A DNA stretch of 41,003 nt from a virus (Duplodnaviria; Caudoviricetes), in IMG/VR virus record IMGVR_UViG_3300033076_000432, positions 1 through 41,003 of that record. One strand, given 5' to 3'. Position numbers and translations under genes: made by a program. The notes under the pieces were generated by a model. That model saw only the letters and a program-made list of their open reading frames with translations, searched no databases and was not told the DNA's origin. This document shows, piece by piece, positions 7,746 through 14,372 of this stretch; the stretch's first letter is position 1; each line of letters opens with the position of its first letter.

Positions 7746-7955
7746 ATGGAATGGCAACCGATTGAGACAGCGCCGCAAGATGGGACGCCGATCCTGGCGT
7801 ATTTCAAGAGCGCTATCCAGCACGTTCCGGGCATCATCAGCGTAGCCAAGAAAAAGGAACACTATTGGGTGCTGGAGTGCTACGCAGAGCATCAATGCTC
7901 GGTGCCCACCCACTGGATGCCACTCCCGCCACCACCTCTAGGAGCAGAGCAATGA
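7746..7955 (+). CDS. DUF551-like protein
   Basis: WQPIETAPQDGTPIL...PTHWMPLPPPP. Confidence 0.8.
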   Translation: MEWQPIETAPQDGTPILAYFKSAIQHVPGIISVAKKKEHYWVLECYAEHQCSVPTHWMPLPPPPLGAEQ

Positions 7956-8338
7956 CACTACAGGAACGGCTGCGCGGGTGCGGGCATTTTCGCCTCAGCC
8001 ATCCACATTTTTCCGGCGTGTCGGATACATGCGACGAAGCCGCCGACCGCATAGACGCGCTGGAGCGTGAGAATGCCGCGCTGCGCAAGGATGCGGAGCG
8101 CATCAAGACGCAGGTGATTTTGCCGCAGCAGCAGGCGCTGTACGAACTCAAGGCCATCGCAAATCGATATCGTTATTTGCGCAAAGCTTTGACTTGGTAT
8201 GGCGATGGAAACGGTGAAGTCCGATGGACAATTCTGATTCCCATGCCTGAGCCAGACATATCCGCTGCCGGGCTTACCAGCGACAGCGTGGCACAGGCAT
8301 TGGACGCCGCCATAGACGCTGCAATGGCGCAGCGGTAG
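7952..8338 (+). CDS. Ead/Ea22-like phage protein, last gene of the early operon
   Basis: AGGAG RBS; EAADRIDALERENAALRKDAER...RYRYLR...LDAAIDAAM. Confidence 0.65.
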   Translation: MTLQERLRGCGHFRLSHPHFSGVSDTCDEAADRIDALERENAALRKDAERIKTQVILPQQQALYELKAIANRYRYLRKALTWYGDGNGEVRWTILIPMPEPDISAAGLTSDSVAQALDAAIDAAMAQR

Positions 8339-8344
8339 CGCAAG

Positions 8345-8695
8345 CATCTCCTAGGGTGGATGTATTCGGTATCCACTCTCTCCGGGCTGTCTGCCTCAGC
8401 AGCCCCAAGTGCGCATGACGGGCCATTCGCTTTATCTGCCGGCCTAGTTCCACCTGAGCTACCGGCAGCGTCACCAGTCCCTGTGCCAAGGCTGGTCGGA
8501 CAACGCGGGGTGTGGCGCGTGAACGGTGTTTCTCGGGTGCGGCCCATGCAGGCCCATTAGCTACGCCGATACGCGCCCTGACGCTGGAAAGCAAAGGCCC
8601 TAACGAGTTGCTCTCCGTGTGACGGCACGTCCGGGGATGCCCCCAGCAAAAGCCCCTCGTTAGGGCATCTGGATTGTGTCTTGTGCCGTCACACT
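8345..8695 (-). ncRNA. Candidate large structured non-coding RNA with a 5' attenuator/pseudoknot
   Basis: Lies in a ~500-bp intergenic gap with at least 8 helices (see findings); the closing helix uses a G-U pair on the minus strand; no convincing ORF. Confidence 0.55.
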
Positions 8696-8841
8696 CGACA
8701 ACTGCATTTGCCTACAGCACTGTACAAAATACAAGTGCTTTTTGCGGGTTTTTACTGATGCGGCTGCGCTGGATGGCATCTATTCGCGCGCGATGGGTGT
8801 CCCCCAAGACGGGGGATACCTTGGGGGATAGTCCATTCAGA

Positions 8842-9327
8842 CTACTTCACGGCGTCGCGGGCTTTCTCGTACTGGGCTTGGCACTGTCGCAGGGCGAGGC
8901 GCACTCGGTCGGCGTCTGCAGCGAGCCTGACAAGAAACTCTCCATCCGAGCGGTAAAGCTCTGCTCCGGTACATCCACCGGGTCGAGCGCCGGAAGCTGC
9001 ACCCGCTGGGGCATCGGCTGGGCGGTCGGGGCGGTTGCGCAGCCTGCTAGCAAGCTCACTGACGCGCACATTGAGATCGCGTATTTCCGCATCTTTCGTC
9101 CTCCGCAACTTGTCTGCCGCTTCCTGTAGTTCGCGCTCCTTCTGCTGCGCCGCTTCCTTTGCTGCCGCTAGTGCCGCTGCACGCTGCGCCTTGTCGGCGT
9201 TCCACTCAGCCTGCACTTCTGCCCGGCCCGCCTTCACGCCGTCAAAGCGAATCTTCCAGATGCCGCCCGCGATGAACGTGATGAGCGCCAGGACTGCGAC
9301 GATGCGGGCTAGCAGGCTGAAGGGCAT
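8842..9327 (-). CDS. Rz: Inner-membrane spanin (Rz-like)
   Basis: N-terminal TM segment, coiled coil, C-terminal Cys pair (GCTG...LRQCQ); embedded lipoprotein ORF. Confidence 0.8.
   Translation of the reverse strand: MPFSLLARIVAVLALITFIAGGIWKIRFDGVKAGRAEVQAEWNADKAQRAAALAAAKEAAQQKERELQEAADKLRRTKDAEIRDLNVRVSELASRLRNRPDRPADAPAGAASGARPGGCTGAELYRSDGEFLVRLAADADRVRLALRQCQAQYEKARDAVK
8847..9092 (-). CDS. Rz1: Outer-membrane spanin lipoprotein (Rz1-like), fully embedded in Rz
   Basis: Lipobox LAGC after a short signal peptide; Pro-rich mature part; alternative frame inside Rz. Confidence 0.75.
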   Translation of the reverse strand: MRKYAISMCASVSLLAGCATAPTAQPMPQRVQLPALDPVDVPEQSFTARMESFLSGSLQTPTECASPCDSAKPSTRKPATP

Positions 9328-9369
9328 GGTTATGCGGATTTATTGGCGGTTTATCGTGGATGGATAAAC

Positions 9370-10542
9370 TCAGCGCGGCCCCTGCAAAGCCTTCACCAGC
9401 GCGTTCACGGGCGAGCCGTTGCGCTCAAGGATGGTTAGCGCGGATTCCTCGCCGGGGAAGATGACGTAGTTGCTAGTGCCAGCGCCTGCGCCGCGTGAGC
9501 CGCCGTCTAGGTAGCGGATGCCGGGGATGCCCATCTGCCGCAGGCGTTCCGACTGCTGCGCCGGGTCGTTGATATCGCGCACAAATTCGGCGCCCGTTTT
9601 GTTTCGGCCCATTGCATCGCCATACGGGCGCGCGTAGTAGCCCTGAGAGCGCAATTCGTTTAGCTTCTTGCGAGCTTCAAAGGCATTGTCGAAAACAAAA
9701 CGGTCGTTCAGGTAGCCTTGGGGGCCGTCACCCATTGCCTGCACGTCCCAACTTTTGCCGCTGATGCCTTGCTTACGGAGCGCCTGCCGCACCTCCGGCG
9801 ACTGCTGACTAAGCGGCTTGTCCCAATCCAGCATGCGGGAGATGAGTGGGTCGGGGAGGTCTACTTTGTAGAGGTTGCCTTGGTTCTTCAGTTGCTTGAA
9901 ATCTGCTTTTGACGTTGCCGCATTCAGCGTCTCCAGGGTTTTTTTCCAGCCCTCAGCCTCACGCGCCATTTCCGGGCGAGCCGATGCAATCCACTCGGAA
10001 ACCGTCTTGCGCGCCTGCTGCAATCCCATGTTGTCCAACAGTGTGGCCGCGTGATACTCAGGCGTCCCGGGCGTCAATTCAGCGCCACGGAAAGCCCTGA
10101 TCGGCGCCGTCATTGCTGTCGGGTTCAAGTCTTTGTAGGTCTTGGCAACATCCTGCGCATCAGCCAAGTACAGCCCATGCCCATACGCCTGCGCACCCTC
10201 GCCCGTGCCTATCTTGCTGCTGTCGAACCTGTCGAACTTGTGCGGGGAGCCGTGCCACACAGTAGCCGCTTGCATCATCCCAGCGCCCATCTCGGTGCCC
10301 TTTTGGGCGAGCAGCGCCCGCGCCAATGCCTTCTGCTCAGGCGGCACCAGCACGCTGTTGAAACCGGGGGTGTAGCCTGCCACACGCGCCAAGTCCTCCT
10401 GCTGCCGCATGTCATCATCAAGCCGCGCAACGCCCAGCCCCACCGTGCCCAGCGGGTCAGCCAGCAAGCCCTTTAGCTTGCGCTGCATGGTGTTGCCGTA
10501 GCTGTAGACGGCGGGCAGCACGCCCTCAAGTAGTCCGGCCAT
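9370..10542 (-). CDS. ADP-ribosyltransferase-like (polyvalent-protein ART type) putative injected effector
   Basis: WHGSPHKFDRFDSSKIGTGEGAQAYGHGLYLA...NLYKVDL...GIPGIRYLD...NYVIF motif series. Confidence 0.65.
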   Translation of the reverse strand: MAGLLEGVLPAVYSYGNTMQRKLKGLLADPLGTVGLGVARLDDDMRQQEDLARVAGYTPGFNSVLVPPEQKALARALLAQKGTEMGAGMMQAATVWHGSPHKFDRFDSSKIGTGEGAQAYGHGLYLADAQDVAKTYKDLNPTAMTAPIRAFRGAELTPGTPEYHAATLLDNMGLQQARKTVSEWIASARPEMAREAEGWKKTLETLNAATSKADFKQLKNQGNLYKVDLPDPLISRMLDWDKPLSQQSPEVRQALRKQGISGKSWDVQAMGDGPQGYLNDRFVFDNAFEARKKLNELRSQGYYARPYGDAMGRNKTGAEFVRDINDPAQQSERLRQMGIPGIRYLDGGSRGAGAGTSNYVIFPGEESALTILERNGSPVNALVKALQGPR

Positions 10543-10550
10543 GCGTTACC

Positions 10551-11078
10551 TCATGCCAAAGCAGACATTGCCATCTCGAGACGCGCCACGCGATCCGCGT
10601 AGCCATTCAGCCCGCCATTGATGCGCCGCGTCACCTTTTCAAAGTCGCCAGCATCGGCCAACTCGTTCAGCCCACGCGACTCCCAAAACCACGCCGCCGA
10701 ACGGGACGCCAGTTCCGGCTCGCCCAACTTCTCCGGCTCGTTCACCAGGTCAACCCCGAGCGCAGCGCCGCATTCCTCGTAGTTCGCCCGCCCGGTAATC
10801 TGGATGAGGCCCCGCCCACGGTAGCGGTAGCCGTCGCCGGGTTGCGTGTTCCCCAAGTCCTTGCGCCCCTCGTAGCGGGCTTGTGCAGCAGTCGGCCCCC
10901 ACAGTTCCACAAGCCAATGCAGGCCACCGGACTCATGCCCAATCTGAGCCAGAAACGCCGCCTGCCGCTCGCGGGTGCTGATGTCGAACTCAGCCATAGC
11001 CGCCTCAAGGTACGGCAGGAATGTGGTCGCCCGGTCGATGCGTGCGCCCGTGGCGTTAGCCAAGTCCTGCGGCGTCAT
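10551..11078 (-). CDS. Endolysin, glycoside hydrolase family 19
   Basis: ATG 11078 (GGAGG RBS); FLAQIGHESG, YRGRGLIQITGRANY and VTRRINGG. Confidence 0.9.
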   Translation of the reverse strand: MTPQDLANATGARIDRATTFLPYLEAAMAEFDISTRERQAAFLAQIGHESGGLHWLVELWGPTAAQARYEGRKDLGNTQPGDGYRYRGRGLIQITGRANYEECGAALGVDLVNEPEKLGEPELASRSAAWFWESRGLNELADAGDFEKVTRRINGGLNGYADRVARLEMAMSALA

Positions 11079-11338
11079 TGCTTGTCCTCCGATGGGTTCT
11101 GGATGACGAACTTTCCGACAAGCCCGTAGGCGTTCAGCGCACCGATTACCCACGCGACTGCTTCGCTAGGCAGATGCCCCTTGAGGTCGCCAGGAAGCGC
11201 CACCCAAGCCGCCGCAGCCGCAGTGCCTAGGGCTAGGGCTTTGGTGCTGTAGTCGCCCAGCCGCGAGCGCCAATCCTTGACGATGCGCCGCTTTGCCCGC
11301 AGGACAATGCGTTGGGTGATGTTGGGGTCGAAGCTCAT
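11075..11338 (-). CDS. Holin candidate (2 TM)
   Basis: Basic N-terminus and two hydrophobic segments; coupled directly upstream of the endolysin. Confidence 0.65.
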   Translation of the reverse strand: MSFDPNITQRIVLRAKRRIVKDWRSRLGDYSTKALALGTAAAAAWVALPGDLKGHLPSEAVAWVIGALNAYGLVGKFVIQNPSEDKQ

Positions 11339-12366
11339 CGCGGGCCTTTCAGTGCTTCGGCTAGCCGGTTGCGTGCATCCTCGTCGGCTAGGTAGGTGAA
11401 CGGCAACGCACCCGCTAGCAGGTTGTTCTCGTTGATGCGGGCGGGGTCAAAGGCGGCGAAGCGGGAGCGGATGTTTGCGGGATTAATTGACGCATACGCC
11501 AAATCTTCGCCAGGATTAGAACCAACCAACTTCCCGTCAACTGGCCGGAAAAATTGCCCGTGCGTATATTCAACCGTGTCGTAACCATCTTTTCGCAGCA
11601 TGTCCGTCACTTTTGGCATGTCGCCATAGCCATATTGACGGGCATACGCATTGAACAGTTCTTTGTCTGCGACTTTGCCTTTCTTGATGTTCATCATCAT
11701 TACTTGAGCGTTGTTGTCACTTTGACGCGCAAACATGTTTGCCAATTCAGGCTCCGCAGCAGAATGAACACCAGCGCCATATGCTTGCCGAACTGATTTA
11801 GACATGTCCGGCACTTGCCAGTCATAGGGCGTTGCATGAAACGTCTGCGTGTCAAACCCCATAGCCTGCGCCCGCTGCGCTGGCGTGTTGTTCGCAGGAA
11901 GCCCAAGCCCGCCCTCGCTCACAGGCTTGGCAGCGTTGCGCTGCGCAATGTCCAGCGCTTCCTGCTGCGGGTACTTGAAACCGCCCACAGCACCGCGCTG
12001 CTTCGGGTCATACCGATACGCCGCGCCCGTGTTCTCAAAGTGATCCGCTAGCCGATTCGCCCCCGCCGTCAGCGCATCGTCAGCGCCCAGCAGTCCGCGA
12101 GCAATCTGCGGCGCTTTGGCAGCAACCGCTATCGGTGCGCTCAGTCCAGCAGCCTCGCCCAGCAGCCCCGCCAACTTGTTCTGCGGGTCGGCCAATAGCC
12201 CCTTCTGGCGCATCCACTCGCTTCCAAGAATGGGGTTGCTAGGCACCGGCACGCCTGCCTTACGCAGCGCCCATGCAATGGCATCAACAGGCCCGGTGAC
12301 GTTCGACGCAGCGGCGTTGCTAGCGCCTTGCAGCGCGGAGACAAGCGCATTGGTGATGTCGCTCAT
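11335..12366 (-). CDS. Second ADP-ribosyltransferase-like putative injected effector
   Basis: RAQAMGFD..TFHAT...YGAGVHSA..PELANMFA...LRKDGYDTV...PANIRSRFAAFDP pattern; Ala/Gly-rich N-terminus. Confidence 0.55.
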   Translation of the reverse strand: MSDITNALVSALQGASNAAASNVTGPVDAIAWALRKAGVPVPSNPILGSEWMRQKGLLADPQNKLAGLLGEAAGLSAPIAVAAKAPQIARGLLGADDALTAGANRLADHFENTGAAYRYDPKQRGAVGGFKYPQQEALDIAQRNAAKPVSEGGLGLPANNTPAQRAQAMGFDTQTFHATPYDWQVPDMSKSVRQAYGAGVHSAAEPELANMFARQSDNNAQVMMMNIKKGKVADKELFNAYARQYGYGDMPKVTDMLRKDGYDTVEYTHGQFFRPVDGKLVGSNPGEDLAYASINPANIRSRFAAFDPARINENNLLAGALPFTYLADEDARNRLAEALKGPR

Positions 12367-12563
12367 ACGCTATCCCTCTTGAGGCACATCTGCGCCGTCT
12401 CCAGCAACCGGCGCAGCACGTCAATCGTGATGACAGCGCACCCGCCCTCGTTTGCACAGCGCCGCATCTCATCCGCGCTCAGTTTGATGGTGTTGCCGTC
12501 CACCTCCACCGCAGGGGCCGGAGTGACACACAGAGACATCGCCGCGAGGATGAGAGTGCGCAT
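12363..12563 (-). CDS. Small secreted or periplasmic protein
   Basis: MRTLILAAMSLCVTPAPA signal peptide; coupled to both neighbours. Confidence 0.55.
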   Translation of the reverse strand: MRTLILAAMSLCVTPAPAVEVDGNTIKLSADEMRRCANEGGCAVITIDVLRRLLETAQMCLKRDSV

Positions 12564-12865
12564 CACCGTCCCCTTTGCATCAGCAGCAGCCGGTCTAGCT
12601 TGTCGTCTATCTTGGACAGGTGCGCGTTCACCGTGGAAAACGCCTCTGCCGTCACCTTGTCCTGGCGGTCGTCGCGCTCCCGCTGCTGCTGCGCTACCTG
12701 CTCCAGCAGGGACACCCGTTTCTCCACAGTCGTGACGTACATGCCCGCCGCAATTGCCATGGAGATGGTGGTGAGCAAGTGCCCTAGCTGGAACTCGCGC
12801 TTGATGTGCCACTTCTCGGGCTCACGCTGGCGCCGGTCGGGGCCGGTGTAGGGTTTCTCAGCCAT
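12563..12865 (-). CDS. Single-TM coiled-coil lysis-region protein (holin or antiholin-like)
   Basis: ATG 12865; TM LGHLLTTISMAIAAGMYV, then a coiled coil ending IDDKLDRLLL. Confidence 0.6.
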   Translation of the reverse strand: MAEKPYTGPDRRQREPEKWHIKREFQLGHLLTTISMAIAAGMYVTTVEKRVSLLEQVAQQQRERDDRQDKVTAEAFSTVNAHLSKIDDKLDRLLLMQRGR

Positions 12866-12869
12866 GGCA

Positions 12870-14087
12870 TCACTCGTACAGGATGTTGATAGTCCCCGCG
12901 CTGAACGAGTCCGCGCCGCCAACAGTAGTCAGCCGCACGTAGTCCAGCGTGCCCGCCAAAGACTTGCTGCCGCCGCCCATGCCGCAGATTGCGCTATTGC
13001 TCCAGCCGACAGAGTGAGACGACACCCATGTGTTTGTCGCGGCGTTTTGAAGCGTCAGCGTCATCGTGCCGTGGATGACGTTGCCCGATGCGCTGCTCAA
13101 CAGTCCAAAACCCGTGGTGTAGTTGGACGTAGCCGATGAACCGGCGTTCTGAATCACGCCAGCCGTCCCAAGGTAGCCAGAGGTGGACGCCGCTCCACCA
13201 GTGCCAATCTGAATGAGCGGGGACGATGTGCCGCCCGTGGTGACGCCGATGAGTTGGATGGTGATTTTCTTCACCCAACTTGGGATGCTTGAGAAAGCGT
13301 GCGCCGTGCTGTTCGTCGTCGTAGAAGTGCCGTTCACCAGCAACCCGCCGCGAATCGCAGACACTGGAGGCACTTTGTTGGCGTCCGTGCCTGTCTGCAT
13401 GTCGCTGCTGCTGGCGGTGTTCACGTTGAGCGAACCCGCCGACAGGGACAGCGATGCGCCCGCCGTCAGTTGCTCAATCCCTCCCGTTCCAGCCGTGGTG
13501 CGCCCCAGCAGGCGCGAGGTGGTCATGGTCGCCAGCGAGTTGGACACCGTGGTGCTGGCCCGCTGATAGGCGTACACGTTCCACCCGTTCGCCGCTGCGT
13601 TGGGGATCGCCACGCAGGTATCGCCCGCTGCCGTGGTGATGTCAGCCGCTCCAGGCAGGTTCAGCGTGGTGGCGTTGTGCGTCAGCGTCAGAGCGCCCTG
13701 AAAGCGAATCCACCGGGGGCCGCTGTAGGTCGCGCCGAACGAGGAAATCCCCGTCGTGCCACTGATCTCAATGAACGTCGAGTTCTGCCCGCCGATGGTG
13801 ACGGTCGCCGCGCTCGCCAGCGTAGCGACGGTGCCCTGCGAGAACAACTGCTCCCAGCGCAGGCTGTCGCCCGTGGTGGAGCCAGCGCCCAGGCCGGTGA
13901 GCTTGAAGCCCGCCATCGGCAGATTGCCCGTGATGGTGGTCTGCCCGTCGCTGGAGATGGACTGCGTCAGCGCAGAGGCAATGTCAGCCAGCAGCGCGTC
14001 CCAATCGGCTTTGGTGGCCGATGCGCCTGACGTAGTGGGATACCAGCTCGATGCTGGCGGGGTGTACACACCGGATGAGCGGGCCAT
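12870..14087 (-). CDS. Tail fibre / receptor-binding protein
   Basis: Podovirus fibre N-terminus (GVYTPP...DIASALTQSISSDGQT...GFKLTGL); Thr/Ser/Gly-rich; C-terminal LDYVRLTTVGGADSFSAGTINILYE. Confidence 0.8.
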   Translation of the reverse strand: MARSSGVYTPPASSWYPTTSGASATKADWDALLADIASALTQSISSDGQTTITGNLPMAGFKLTGLGAGSTTGDSLRWEQLFSQGTVATLASAATVTIGGQNSTFIEISGTTGISSFGATYSGPRWIRFQGALTLTHNATTLNLPGAADITTAAGDTCVAIPNAAANGWNVYAYQRASTTVSNSLATMTTSRLLGRTTAGTGGIEQLTAGASLSLSAGSLNVNTASSSDMQTGTDANKVPPVSAIRGGLLVNGTSTTTNSTAHAFSSIPSWVKKITIQLIGVTTGGTSSPLIQIGTGGAASTSGYLGTAGVIQNAGSSATSNYTTGFGLLSSASGNVIHGTMTLTLQNAATNTWVSSHSVGWSNSAICGMGGGSKSLAGTLDYVRLTTVGGADSFSAGTINILYE

Positions 14088-14103
14088 TGATGCTCCAGAA
14101 GTG

Positions 14104-14125
14104 AAAAAGCCCGCTCAAGGCGGGC
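14104..14125 (-). terminator. Intrinsic terminator within the late operon
   Basis: Minus strand GCCCGC-cttga-GCGGGC-TTTTT. Confidence 0.7.
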
Positions 14126-14128
14126 AGG

Positions 14129-14156
14129 TTGCGTTTTTGCGGGGCGTGCCTAGAAT
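14129..14156 (+). promoter_or_regulatory. Sigma70-like promoter for the counter-oriented moron
   Basis: TTGCGT, 16 nt, TAGAAT; ATG 6 nt downstream (leaderless). Confidence 0.6.
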
Positions 14157-14162
14157 GGGGCG

Positions 14163-14372
14163 ATGACGCCGGAACAGCAATCGTTCTTTTGGGCCATTCT
14201 GTTGAAGCCCTTTGCGTTCTTGGCGTTCGCCGCGTTCTTCTTGGGCATCAGGTTTGCCGTCATTAAGTACATGCCCGAAGGCAAGCTCAAGCGGCTATTC
14301 CTGATTCGCGTTAACCAACGCTGGCACCGCCGCTCCACCAGCAGCACCAGCACGCCGAAGTCCCTGAATTAG
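14163..14372 (+). CDS. Small membrane protein moron (superinfection-exclusion candidate)
   Basis: Phe-rich TM segment FFWAILLKPFAFLAFAAFFLGIRFAVI; has its own promoter; opposite strand to the late genes. Confidence 0.6.
   Translation: MTPEQQSFFWAILLKPFAFLAFAAFFLGIRFAVIKYMPEGKLKRLFLIRVNQRWHRRSTSSTSTPKSLN

Noticed and set aside
8274-8594. ORFs 8173-8547(-), 8274-8594(-) and 8360-8560(+) as genes
   Set aside because: No RBS or motif and low-complexity Pro/Arg/Ala translations; the dense base pairing is better explained as a non-coding element.
8339-8840. tRNA or tmRNA in the intergenic gap
   Set aside because: No T-loop consensus within a cloverleaf and no acceptor stem recognisable on either strand.
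9349-9369. GTTTATC/GATAAAC inverted repeat between the ART-like gene and the spanin
   Set aside because: AT-rich stem without a U tract; no support for a terminator or operator.
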